Below, in pieces: positions 1 to 11,344 of a stretch of DNA of 64,000 bases. This DNA comes from Elsinoe ampelina (Eukaryota), in the NCBI GenBank assembly GCA_010093995.1, contig ML992501.1:2049320-2113319 (forward strand), in the 5' to 3' direction. The notes under the pieces are model-generated. The model had not been told where the DNA came from, did no database searches, and saw nothing but the letters and a program-made list of their open reading frames with translations. Position 1 is the stretch's first letter, and every line of letters begins with the position of its first letter. The translations under genes and the position numbers were made by a program.

Positions 1-882
1 TGACTTCCCTGTCGACGCATGCTCGTTGGTGGATGTCATGCATGCAGGAAGCCCAAGTGAAGTGAAATTTGAAGGTGCTTGCTTGCAGTACTGTACCATG
101 CATTGTGATTTGTTGCTCGGGCCGCTCGCCACGGGCCTCCCCGATCCGTCTCAGCTCGCCACAATGGGACAATCCCCACGTTCGACTTTTCTTCTTCACC
201 ATATCTTGACTCTTCCGTTCCTTCTCCCCGCACAGGATCCCATGTTCGTAAGGTCGCACAGCTATGTCGAAGGGCAGAAGCGTTCTGCAGGGGCTCCCGA
301 AGACGACTACACCGCCGCTGGACTACTCAACTGTCCCCTTGTGCTTTTTCTGTCGCCCAGGACAGTATGACCCAACCTTACGGAAGCAGAAATGCGCCAT
401 GACCCCGTCTCCGTGCTTGCACAGCAGCAACGACTTGGCATATCCGACGACCAGACCCGTCTCGCTTCTCACGACTGGCTAGTCCATGCGAGTGCTGGCT
501 TGACCCACCCAGCAGCTTATCTGCACCTGTCAGGGATGATTGTGGTCAAATGAAGCTGTACTCTATCCAACACTCCATACCGTTGTAGCGAAATCAAGAC
601 AGGTTCTGCTCCGTACAGATCCAAGCTCGGAAACTTTTCTCTTTCACGAACAAATGTGCTGTCAATCGGCGATTCACATGCGGCACGCAGATCTCTAGAC
701 CATCTGTCGGCGTGAGAGCTCTGTCAGAGCGAGGCATCGACAGCACCTGCTTCTTACCTTGATCGACTGGGCGAACGATCGAACACGACAATGATGCTCC
801 AGATAAATACCAGCTTCGGTCCTCGAGGTAAGTCTATTTGTGTAAAGATATCTCAAGTTTCCCTTGCCTCTCCTCTACGAAT

Positions 883-3800
883 ATGAATCTTTCCAGCCGG
901 TCTGAGCTCATGAAGGGCCAGCGACATGCCACTATCATGTCGCCGGACAAAGCCTTCCAGACACTCGTCACCGAGACTGGTAGCTCTGTGTTCTTCTCCA
1001 TCGGAACCGACAATGCTTTCTACGTCACTCGTGAGACTGGCATCACAACGACGGGATGGTCTAGAATCGATCTTTCCAGTGCTCTGCCTGGCATCACCAC
1101 TGGAACCACCGTGACCGCAAAGACGTTCGCCGTAGCCCAGCAACAAAGCTTGTCAACCTTTCGCATCGTACTAGTGGTCACCATCGCTGGCTCTGACGCA
1201 TTGTTCGCAACAGAGGGGGATCTGGCTCGTATCGACAACTGGGTTGGAAACTTTACATGGACACAGATCCCTTTTGACGCTGCCGGAATCACACCGCCGA
1301 GCCCACTCGTCGTTGCAGACCTCGCTGTCATGGACTTATCCCACGGTACACAGGCTCCCACCTGTTTCATCGATATCCTTCGTGACGCATCCGATCCTCT
1401 GCAACTCCTTGACCGGTACTATATCAATCTGGATGCGGCCGTGAAGTGGGCACGACATACATTGGCCATCGACCTAAAATCTGGGTCCATATCCAATTTC
1501 TTAGGTCGTCGAACGAATGATCTTGTACCTGGGCTGTACACATTTGGCAAGATTCAAGATACGGTGGAACTGATTTTCACGCCACAAATGAATCCCTTCA
1601 AACCCTCCGCGCCGCCCAACGTTAGCCGGCTTACCCTTCCAAATGGATCCACGGCCATTGCAAGTGTTGCCAACCAGGATGGCACTACCCTGTTGTTAGT
1701 CGCTTCAGAAGATGGCATTTATCTGTTTACGCCGGACAATCAGCATGATGGTGCCATCGGGACCTTGATTATCTCCGCATTCACATTGGCCGGCCAAGAC
1801 ATAATTGGAGGTATCACCTCCATGTTTGCTAGTCAGATGTACGGCAAGACCGTCGTTTGCGCACTCAACTCTCAAGCCAGTCTTGTGCGAGCGAGCTGCG
1901 CAATAGGCTCGGAAGCTTCGCCGTCATCTTGGTCAACCCCAATACCGTTCTGTTTCGGTGTCGAGCAATTTACCTTTGCGCTCGACAACAGCAACGGCAA
2001 TGTGACCCTCTTCGCGCAGACATCTGGACAGACTTTGATTCAGCTTGTCGAGTCGCAGGTTGATGAATGGGTCCAGCGCAATATCATCTTACCTTCCACA
2101 GATGTCAATGACATGGTCGAGTTTGATAGTTTCACAACTCATTTGTCTCTCACCGACGAAAATGGGAGTGGAGCCATCAACACTCAGGTGTCTTTGACAT
2201 CCGATTCTCCAATTCCCGTCTACGTCAATAACTCTTACCAGGTGCTCACACCGTCGGTTCCCGTCATAGCCACCACAGACGAAACTGGAGCAATCGTTAT
2301 CATTCAAGAGACATCGTCGTTGTTCTCGCCCACGATCCAGGCCTCCACGACAGGGAAGAACCCCGTGACAACTACCGTCGTTGCACATCAAAATGTTACC
2401 AACACTCTTTCGACCATCCAGTCAGGTAATGACCTCAGCAAAGTCCAGATTACGACTGCCAGTGGAACGACCAAGAATCTCATTCCAGCCGGCGTCGCTT
2501 CGGGTGACACAGACACCGCTGCCAAGACGATCGTCCAGCTCATGGCGGTACACGCGAGCTTGACAACAGATACCGGCCCCGCGACTTCTGCTGAAGTCTC
2601 GTCCCACCAAGCAACCGCTGCAAATCCTAGGTCCAGCATCTCGGATGGTGCTAGTAAAGTCAACGACTTGCAGGTGATTGCGAAAGACCTCTTTAGGTGG
2701 TTGGAAAACGCCATTGAAGATGTTGAGCATTTCGTTGTCACACAAGTCGACAATGTATGGCAATTGATCGTCAAAATTGGTGACGCCATCATCACCGCAA
2801 TACTGGATACCGTTTCCGCCGTCGTGAACGCTGTGGTGACAGTCTTCAACAAGATCAAGGTCTTGTTTGAGGACTTGGTAGCCTGGCTCGGGTATCTGTT
2901 CGGCTGGGACGACATCATTCGCACTCATAAAGTCATCAAGTTCCACATCAAGGCCCAGGCTGCGGCTGCCGTCAACGCTCTCGATACTCTGGAAGGTGAG
3001 ATCACGGACTTTTTCCAGAGTCTTGAGAATAGGATCAATGCCTGGGGTGACATCACAGATCCGGCAAGTCAAAAAACTCTCGGGGGCCAGCAGAATCAAG
3101 CAAGATCTCAAGCCGTGGGCTCAGATACGCCTCAAAGCTCCTGGGCGATGAACCACACCAGAAATGGAATCGGTTCGGCTGAAACATCTGCTCAAATGAA
3201 CGAGGCCTCTGGTACTTTCGCAGATGATGTGACGAAAGACCTTGTGAACCTGTTGGAAGAAGAAGAAGACGCCGTCGAGACTGCCGTCAAGCAAATCAAA
3301 GACCAAGTGCTAGGGCAGATCTTCAATCTTAGTCCTGTGCAGATTGTGAAGAAGATCATGGCCATTGTTGCCGATGTTCTGGTCAAAACTGCCGAAAACA
3401 TCCTCACAACACTCGTCGATGTCGTTAAAGCAGTCCTGTCGAACATTATCACCCTTCTGGACGCCCCTCTTTCGATTCCGATCTTATCACCTCTCTACAA
3501 ACTGATTACCGGTGAGGATCTATCCATACTCGATCTGGTTTGCCTTGTCTCTGCGGTGCCGACGACCATCATCTACAAGATAGCCTTCAAGGCAGCTCCA
3601 TTCCCTGACGACACTTCGGCCAATGCAGCCATGGTAGTCCCGCAGACTCCGCCGAGTCTAGTACAATCTCAGCAATCTCGACTCACACAAACGAGCAGAG
3701 TCCAGTTTGCCGCCAAATCTCTTGCCCTCAATCTCGAGGCCGTGCCTCCAAACACTCCTGCTACTCGAGAGCTCGACCAGAAAGCATTAGACGGGGATGG

Positions 3801-4383
3801 AGCTACCGAAATACGGCCAGTAGCACCCAAAGCTGGCGATGTTACAGAAGACGGACCTACAACACCAACAGCTGTGATTGTGGTATTGTACATCGCAGCT
3901 CTACCGGCGTCAGGTCTGGTAGCTTTGATGTCAGTAGCAAAGCAAGCATTACCCGATGGCACGAAGCCTCCGCGCGCAATTGGGGCGACGGCATTCTGTA
4001 GTCACTTGGTCTATGTAGCACCAAACTTCACGACATGGAAGGGCACTCCTTGGGTGGGAGCAAACCTTGGCTTCACATTCATCAGCATTCTCAAAGCAGG
4101 TCTCGACAACTTCTACGGTCTCAAAGCGAGACTATCAAATCGTCTGGAGTTTATCATCAACGCAGGGTGGCTGGCGCCAGCTTTTGACGGTATCATCGAA
4201 ACAGATCCCAGGAAGGCTAGTGACTGGTCCATGTTCTTCGGCAATGTCTGCTTCGACGCATCAGGGGTACTTGCACCATGGTCTCCCGACAACGAAGATA
4301 TTTTTGCCGCCATGCAGGTACTCACGATCGGTTACGGAGTCTTTTGTCTCACAGCGGGCATAGCGGTAGGATCGGGGGCATGA
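883..4383 (+). CDS. Large intronless hypothetical protein (~1166 aa); beta-rich N-terminal half, helical/hydrophobic C-terminal half
   Basis: Uninterrupted ORF; first ATG at 883 (MNLSSRSELMK); protein-like composition with segments such as FFSIGTDN and WLGYLFGWDDIIRTH; no catalytic motif recognised. Confidence 0.8.
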   Translation: MNLSSRSELMKGQRHATIMSPDKAFQTLVTETGSSVFFSIGTDNAFYVTRETGITTTGWSRIDLSSALPGITTGTTVTAKTFAVAQQQSLSTFRIVLVVTIAGSDALFATEGDLARIDNWVGNFTWTQIPFDAAGITPPSPLVVADLAVMDLSHGTQAPTCFIDILRDASDPLQLLDRYYINLDAAVKWARHTLAIDLKSGSISNFLGRRTNDLVPGLYTFGKIQDTVELIFTPQMNPFKPSAPPNVSRLTLPNGSTAIASVANQDGTTLLLVASEDGIYLFTPDNQHDGAIGTLIISAFTLAGQDIIGGITSMFASQMYGKTVVCALNSQASLVRASCAIGSEASPSSWSTPIPFCFGVEQFTFALDNSNGNVTLFAQTSGQTLIQLVESQVDEWVQRNIILPSTDVNDMVEFDSFTTHLSLTDENGSGAINTQVSLTSDSPIPVYVNNSYQVLTPSVPVIATTDETGAIVIIQETSSLFSPTIQASTTGKNPVTTTVVAHQNVTNTLSTIQSGNDLSKVQITTASGTTKNLIPAGVASGDTDTAAKTIVQLMAVHASLTTDTGPATSAEVSSHQATAANPRSSISDGASKVNDLQVIAKDLFRWLENAIEDVEHFVVTQVDNVWQLIVKIGDAIITAILDTVSAVVNAVVTVFNKIKVLFEDLVAWLGYLFGWDDIIRTHKVIKFHIKAQAAAAVNALDTLEGEITDFFQSLENRINAWGDITDPASQKTLGGQQNQARSQAVGSDTPQSSWAMNHTRNGIGSAETSAQMNEASGTFADDVTKDLVNLLEEEEDAVETAVKQIKDQVLGQIFNLSPVQIVKKIMAIVADVLVKTAENILTTLVDVVKAVLSNIITLLDAPLSIPILSPLYKLITGEDLSILDLVCLVSAVPTTIIYKIAFKAAPFPDDTSANAAMVVPQTPPSLVQSQQSRLTQTSRVQFAAKSLALNLEAVPPNTPATRELDQKALDGDGATEIRPVAPKAGDVTEDGPTTPTAVIVVLYIAALPASGLVALMSVAKQALPDGTKPPRAIGATAFCSHLVYVAPNFTTWKGTPWVGANLGFTFISILKAGLDNFYGLKARLSNRLEFIINAGWLAPAFDGIIETDPRKASDWSMFFGNVCFDASGVLAPWSPDNEDIFAAMQVLTIGYGVFCLTAGIAVGSGA

Positions 4384-5029
4384 AGGGACAGAAAGGGCAG
4401 TGTTAAGCCCATTGAGCACGTTTCTCATGCGAAGCCAGTACCGTGTACAACCCCAATTCGGTGTGGCGAATGATTCATTGTACTACACAGAAAGAAATGT
4501 GATTCAATCACAGTCCGCACGTCTGAGACTGGCATTCTCCCATTCCGCTCCGCAGTCCCCGCTCCCTTCGAACTTTCCACCCCCATGACACCCCTCATCG
4601 TCATGCCGTTCCGCCGGTCGGACTTGGCATAAGGTCACAGAACCCTCTTCTCTTGCCAGATTGAACTTTCTCCATCCGTCAGCCTGACATTGAAGGTACG
4701 TTTAAGCATATGACGACGACTACCACGTGTCTCCGAAGCTGAGCAGGTCAATGCTCGTCAACGGGCCAAATGGTTAGGTATTCACCAGGGTAGGCCCCTC
4801 TACGCTCTTTCCTCCGCTTCAGAGACCAATGCATCGACGAACCTCGCCTTTAGCGACCGCTTCACGGACTTCATCAACTGTACAGCGATCCTATCATTCA
4901 CGCCCTGAGCTCATCACACATTCCCACCCGCATCAGCAACGCCACCAGACCACCCCTACCCGGCCCACACCCTCACTCCCCCACCACCGTAGACACCTGA
5001 CAACCACAGCCCTCATCCACCGCCACATA

Positions 5030-5877
5030 ATGACCCGCGACACAATTCGCATGCTCGTCCTGGAAACCGACGAAAACCACCCAGCCGACAAGCGCGAAAA
5101 GGGCGGATTCGGCGACATATTCACCACCCTCTTCCGCAACGCAGGGGACAAACACTCGCCCCCTCTCGGCATCGACGTAGAAAGGCACTACGTTGTCGAC
5201 GACCCCTCCGCCGGACACAACGGACACGTCCCTCACGCGTCCGAGATCCCCGCCTCCACCACCGCCATCCTAATCACCGGCTCCACGTACGACGCGCACG
5301 GCGACGACCCCTGGATCGAATCCCCGCTCGGTCTCCTCCGCGACCTCTGGACCACGAGGCCGGAGATGAAGTTTAGCGGGGTGTGTGTTTCGGGCACCAA
5401 CTCCTGTCCCGCATGTTGGGCGCCAAGGTCGAGGGGCATCCCGGGGAGAAGTGGGAGCTGAGCCACACGAGTATGGACTTGACGGCTGTCGGGCAGAAAC
5501 TGTTCAAGACGCAGCAAGGGAAACTGTCCTTGCATCAAATGCACCAGGATCAAGTGACTACCGTCCCGGACAGGGCGTCTGCGAACGGTCTGCTGCGCGA
5601 AGGGCAGAAGGTGCATGTCTGGGCGAGGAGCGAGCATACCGCGGTGCAGGGGTTGTATGTTAGGGATAGACTGTTTTCGAGCCAGGGTCATCTCGGGTTT
5701 GATGCGAAGATGGAGCATCGCCAGATTGAGTTGAGGCAGGCGAGTGGGGGCATTCCCGAGGAGGATGGGGATGAGGTGAGTGAGGCGGCGGAGAAGGCGC
5801 ATTTGGAGCATGATGGGGAGGTGGTGGCGGGGGCGATATTGAGGTTCTTTCGTGGGGATGATCATGATGTTGATTGA
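5030..5877 (+). pseudogene. Class I glutamine amidotransferase-like protein interrupted by a 2-nt frameshift (pseudogene or sequence error)
   Basis: ILITGSTYDA in frame 1, then GVC/FGHQ split across frames at gtgtgtgt (5381-5388), then MHQDQV and SQGHLGF in frame 2; removing one TG restores GVCFGHQ. Confidence 0.8.
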
Positions 5878-6223
5878 GGGGTGCTGGGAGCGTGCAGTAC
5901 TGTCCTAGGATTCCAAGCAAGGGAAACCCCGGCTTTGGTGCTCGTAGATGCGGATCCAGCTCGCCAAAAGTAATACCAGCGATGTTCCCTTTCACGGCCG
6001 ATGAGCTCCAGGTTTTCCTGTTGGCTGAATATGGATGATGAGCTTCAGTCGTTTCCCCTGCGGCATCGTTGCTGTCGCATTAGGTCTGACAATTCGAGGT
6101 CATGGCTAGGCAGCGCATCTATCGCTCGGATGGACCCAATTGACCTGCGTTTTCACTAGTCGAACCAGAATAAGATCTCGAAGCCATGTCCATCAAGGTA
6201 CCTGACAAGCAGGTCTTTCCTAC

Positions 6224-7434
6224 TCATGTAGTCAGATAGTTGCGAGGATCAAGCTCCTCAATATCAGCACTCTTCGCCCTCCCCTCCCAGATCAACTCAG
6301 CGACCACCTTCCCCGTGATCGGCGCATTCTGGATGCCCCACTGATTATGTCCAGCCGCCAAAATCATTCCTTCAATCCCAGTGAAGCCGAGGAGAGGTCC
6401 CAACTCGGGGTCACGTCCGTCGACCTTCACGATTGGACGGAAACAAGCTTGTTGGGTGACCACCTCGCTTTTTGCTAGAACAGGCGAGACCAATGCCACA
6501 TTGTTCATGAGTTTTTGGCATCGCTCGGGATCGGAGAGGACGTCGCTACTAGATGGTGGGAGGTCGAGGCCGTAGTCTGTTTGGCCGCTGAGGTAGACTG
6601 TGCCATCTGGGCGGGGATAGATCTCGAGTTGGTTTGCCTTGTCGGTGTCGATGTGGCTAGGGTCGAAGAAGAGGATGTGGGGTGATATAGGTCGCGGAGG
6701 TCGAATGACAATGGAGTGGCTTTTCTCGCCACCGATGGGTGCTTGAGGAAAGAGTATGCTCGTCCATGGTCCGGCCGCGAGAATCACGTTGGTCGCTATC
6801 ACTTCTGAGAATACGGAAGTAAGCCCGTCCTCCATGGTCACGGATTGTACCTCGGTGCCGTCTGCCGAGTAGTTGATGCATCGAGCGATGGCATTCTTGA
6901 TACTGACACCTCTTCGCTGAGCCAAAATTGCCAGACTGGTCGTGAACTGATGAGGATGTACTTGTGCAGTGTTTTCAAGGGGTTTGTACCATTTGAAGAC
7001 GCTGTGGTCGACCCAGTCTATCGCGGCTGACACGGCAGTTCTATCGTCAGAGTCACCTAAGCGGCCATGTGTAGTATCGCAATCCGCAGAGAAGACCTTT
7101 CGATACCCCCAGCCATCCTCACCCCCATGCTCTGCGGCGAGCTCTGCATGTAACTTGAAGCTTGCAGAGGCGAGACAGTGTGGATCAGCCCAGGCAGCGA
7201 GACAGCCGGCAGCTTTACCAGAAGATCCTCCAGCGATATCTGAGGCTTCAATCAATGTTATGGTGTGATTGGAGGGGTCGAAATGTTCGTGTGACGCTAT
7301 GTAGTACGCACAGCAGCAGCCTATGACTCCACCCCCTGCCCATGATTAGCTGGATCGATCAAGTGGGAAGAATATTGCATACCGACAATTATGATGTGTT
7401 GCTTCTGTTTGTGGGTGGGGAGCTCAGAAGTCAT
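6224..7434 (-). CDS. FAD-dependent oxidoreductase, DAO family (Tda3-like)
   Basis: Spliced N-terminus HIIIVG/GGVIGCCCAYY (intron 7336-7382, GTATGC..CTAAT..CAG), SSGKAAG, AAGPWT, QACFRP, AAGHNQWGIQNAPITG. Confidence 0.9.
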
Positions 7435-7714
7435 CACTTCAACGCAACAGAGATGAATGTTGGACCTTCATCCTGAGCTTGGTGGCCGGTTTGACGGAGA
7501 GCACGACCCGGTCGCACAAGGCGGGGTAGACTGGCGGGGGTCCATTTGACCAGTCGGAGTGGCGAAGCCCCCAAACTCCAAGCATTGTGGCCCCGTCGCC
7601 CCCCAACGTTCCAACGCGAGATTGTCGTTGCGAGCCAATCTCGTCCAGCATCACTCACTGTTTGCTTTCCATACGTCCACAAGGTCACCACCACAGTGTG
7701 TCGTGCCCATCAAT

Positions 7715-9142
7715 TCACTCGATATCATCTTCATCTTGATGATCCCACCCCCTCCGCACACTAATAGCAACCCCATTCTGCCTACCCAGCTGCACCAACC
7801 GCTCCTGCATAGCAGGAAGCCACTCTCCCTCCTGCATCTCATCTATTTTCAAATGTAACCGTCCAAGAAGAGGTTGTGTCCGCCCTACATCTTCGATCCA
7901 GAGCACTATGGCTTCGAACATGGCGTCATCATCCCACTTGCTCAGCCATACCTCGTGTCGGAACTCGTTGACGATGGGTTCGTAGAGGTCATCTCTGATC
8001 GTAAGCTGTTCCAGATTCTCGGGTAGGATGTCGGCTATTCGGTTGCTGGTGGAGGGCTGGAAGCCTAGTAGGAAGGCTATGGGGATCTCGAGCTTCTTCA
8101 AGCGGGTGAGGTCTCGAAGACCGGCGAAGGAGCCGCTTATGTCCAGCTCGGGCAGAGTATAGTCGTCGCCACCGAGATGACATGCTGCTGTCAAGCAGAT
8201 ATCTGTCAAGGTTTTGCTGACGTGGTTGAACGAGGCGGCCAAAGCTGACAGGTCGAGGCGATTCGTGTAGTGTCTTGATCGGAGATCTGGGTGGTAGGAC
8301 CAGTCGTAATGTAGCTTTTGGAGAGATGGGAGGCAAATCAGGATCTCTGGGAGATGTCTCTCGCGGACTTCGCTCAGAGAAAGGCTGGTCAGGTTTGTCA
8401 ATCGTGGTCTGCTTCCGGGCCAGCGGATCGTATCAGGATTGTCTAGGTCCACCGTGAGAGTCTCGAGGTGCGGCAGGTAGAAGAATGGGAGGAGGTTGTC
8501 GGTATTCTCGCCTTGACAAAATGAGCCAGTGCCGATAAAGTCCCAGTAGAGCATGCAAGACAGCTCTTTGAGGTGTCCAAATCGAGGCGAAGAAGAATCA
8601 GCGTGGTGCGCCGTTGTGAACATGATGAAGTCGCCCAGGATGGAGGTTGATCTGGTGAAAGCAGTCTTCATAATCAGACGTTTGAGATGATTCAATTGTG
8701 ATACCATGAGTGCTAGAAAAGCGTCCATTGTGCCTTGGGCGACCCGTGCTTTCCATACCTGGGCAAAGGGCACAGCAAGGTCGTCAATGGCATTATGTGC
8801 CTCCACGAGATCCAAATCATCAGTCGGTACCCTCAGAACTCTATGACGTGCAGGATAGCCAGGAGTCATGTCGCCTCCTAAGGTCACGCTTTGCACATGA
8901 GCAGCCAGGTCAGGTCTTCGCAATATCGTTCGGACGAACGCTGCGATTGGTGGCGTTGTTGTTTCTGTCCACGTCCAAGCAATATGAGCGTACAGTCTGT
9001 GGCGGACATCGAAGGTCGTGCCTTTGCTCACGAGGGAGAGTGCCTGAAGATCGGGAGTGTCCAAGTATTGGAGAATCGAGTGCTGAGCATGCCCAACGCA
9101 TGCGTAAAGAGAGAGACGTTCTTTCCTCGCTGGCCCTGTCAT
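7715..9142 (-). CDS. F-box-like protein with leucine-rich C-terminal region
   Basis: 475-aa ORF; degenerate F-box (ILQYLDTPDLQALSLVSK), RTILRRPDLAAHVQSV and repeated LxxLxL segments. Confidence 0.7.
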   Translation of the reverse strand: MTGPARKERLSLYACVGHAQHSILQYLDTPDLQALSLVSKGTTFDVRHRLYAHIAWTWTETTTPPIAAFVRTILRRPDLAAHVQSVTLGGDMTPGYPARHRVLRVPTDDLDLVEAHNAIDDLAVPFAQVWKARVAQGTMDAFLALMVSQLNHLKRLIMKTAFTRSTSILGDFIMFTTAHHADSSSPRFGHLKELSCMLYWDFIGTGSFCQGENTDNLLPFFYLPHLETLTVDLDNPDTIRWPGSRPRLTNLTSLSLSEVRERHLPEILICLPSLQKLHYDWSYHPDLRSRHYTNRLDLSALAASFNHVSKTLTDICLTAACHLGGDDYTLPELDISGSFAGLRDLTRLKKLEIPIAFLLGFQPSTSNRIADILPENLEQLTIRDDLYEPIVNEFRHEVWLSKWDDDAMFEAIVLWIEDVGRTQPLLGRLHLKIDEMQEGEWLPAMQERLVQLGRQNGVAISVRRGWDHQDEDDIE

Positions 9143-9522
9143 CGTTGCTTGCCTGAGTCTAATCAGAGGACATGGTCGCTCTGGGAGAATTGCAAGTCTT
9201 CGTTATGTCGGATTGCTCCAGTCCGCAGTGGCGATGCATGAAACGTGGTCGTTTGTGCGGCTGGCCTTAGCATGACGAGTTTTGACACAGGTGTTGGGCG
9301 GATGCACAGGGAATCAGTCGTTTTTCATCCGTCATCTTCCACAGCTGTGCACCAGATACTGTAGGATACGATGGGTTGTGTTGGCGGACAAGTGTCAGAC
9401 GAATTAGCTGCGGTGATTTGTCGAGAAAGAAGCAAAGGTCTAAATTGGAAACATCTATTTGAGAGGTCTGACTATGTAGCTTTCAACACGACATGTGCTG
9501 ATTTACGTAGGCTATCATGGTT

Positions 9523-10717
9523 TCACCCGCGTATGCAACGTCCATAAATGCCGTAGACAGTGATGGAGCATACCCAGATATTGAAGCACAAGACCCAAGT
9601 ATAGCCCAAGATACGCAGAGGTAAACTGGGTTGCGCTTCTGCCTTCTCCCCAGCTGGATATGCATCCGCTGCAGACTTTTCCACCACAGTGGCAGATTGC
9701 GGTACACGCTGCGAATGTCCCTTCCAGATGTCGTAGGCCTTGATGACGACGTCTTCGAGGATCATGGCTGCGATGATCGCCGTGTAGTAGCGGAATTGTG
9801 GATATGAGCAACAGCGCTCGAGACGAGGCATGGCCAGTATATGCATGATGCATGTGACATAGAATGCCAGCACACTTATGATGAATCGGGTAATTGGACT
9901 GCGCCGCGGCAACCCTATCAGCCGGCACAAAGCAACAGCAGGAGCGGTCAGCGCCTTGCGAGTTAGTTGATGCCAGAATTTACTTGTACAATCAGCATGC
10001 GCCCATGGAAGGTCACTTTGTATTGACTCACGTGTAATACCTGCGGACAGTGTATGCTTCCAAGGGACTGCCAAACAGAGGCGGCCACGCTCTGGGATCT
10101 CCGCCTCCAACCATGGCCACGCAAGTGCCAAAGCTGTGGCATGCTCTGATAGTGACATACTCATGCAGAATACCAGAGAGCGCTGTGTAGGTCCTGATCG
10201 TCATTTCGTACTGCGAGACGTCTCCGATGCGGTTGATAAAGTCGTCGGGTGTGTATATGAAGTGCCGCACGGGTGTGCGCGGTTTGTACTTTGCAAGAGC
10301 CCATGCAATGGCGCTGCACCACGCCAGATCCCAGAGTCTCGAGAAGAAGAGCTCAAATCGAGTGGGAACATAATTGGGATCCCTGGGTCGGAATCGAAGA
10401 CCATGGTTCGTTCCCCAGCGGGGATCGACGGTCTGGCCTATAGCCCACCAGTTCTTCTCGCCAACAGTCAGTTTTGGATCTGGACGAATCTTGTTGAAGA
10501 TTAAAAAATTGTTCGAGTGCAACAAGAGTGCGATGATGTAGCGTCGACCGACCGAGAAGGGGATCAGCCCAGCAACGCTGCTCCTTACAGATAGCAGACA
10601 GCAACAAGTGATGAGAAGGGTGATCAGCATGCGAAGTCCAGATGAAGGTGCTGTGTAGGCCAATCCAAAGGCCAGGAGGCCATTCGCGAGATAGAAAGGG
10701 ATGATTGTGTCAATCAT
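9523..10717 (-). CDS. Membrane-bound O-acyltransferase (MBOAT_2 / wax synthase / Tri7-like)
   Basis: WPPLFGSPLEAYTVRRY then, after a short intron near 9985-10032, FWHQ and AFYVTCIMH; multiple hydrophobic segments; LGYTWV at the C-terminus. Confidence 0.85.
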
Positions 10718-11344
10718 AACGAGTGATGGTGGGAATGTCGTGGTGAACCTTTAGTCTTGGGAGTGGAGAGACAAAGAGCTTGAGACTTGTTGGTGTTTTC
10801 ATATAGAACATCAGAAGAAGACACGCCGTCCGCAACACTTGCCTTGCCTTGCGTGCATTCTCTGCTTGCTGTCTCACTGGCGACGTGGCGGACGCGGCCA
10901 GGTGCTAGCAAGGCTGGGAGCGAGAACCTGCCTCATGACACTGTCCGGTCATTTCATCACTCCTCATACGCAAGATATTGAAATTCACACATCCTAGTCA
11001 GCGTGTATAATGTGTAGCCTCAATTCAACAAAAGGTGTGAGCGTAAGGAGGAAGAGCTGTGCTGGACATCAGGAAGGTTGCAAAAGGACATCAACAAGTG
11101 GGGCTGACATGTGGGGCAAGTCTTTACCGAGGATGGAAGGCAACCTCACTTCATTCAGCCTGGCTTGCACTTCTCAATCACTCTCTTTTCCTCCACTCCT
11201 CAGACATGTGAACTCTCCGGCGAGAACAAGATCATTCCACAACGAGGAACTACAAAACTACAATAACTTAACAGCAAAGTGTCTCTCTCCGAGTCGGCCG
11301 ACCCTAGCTCCAGCAATGTCGGACCAAGTCGCGCATCGTGACTT

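Noticed and set aside
792..896. Possible upstream coding exon (ATG 792, GTAAGT 828) for the large orphan gene
   Set aside because: Splicing to the nearest AG (~896) gives the wrong frame and an immediate stop; at most a 5' UTR intron
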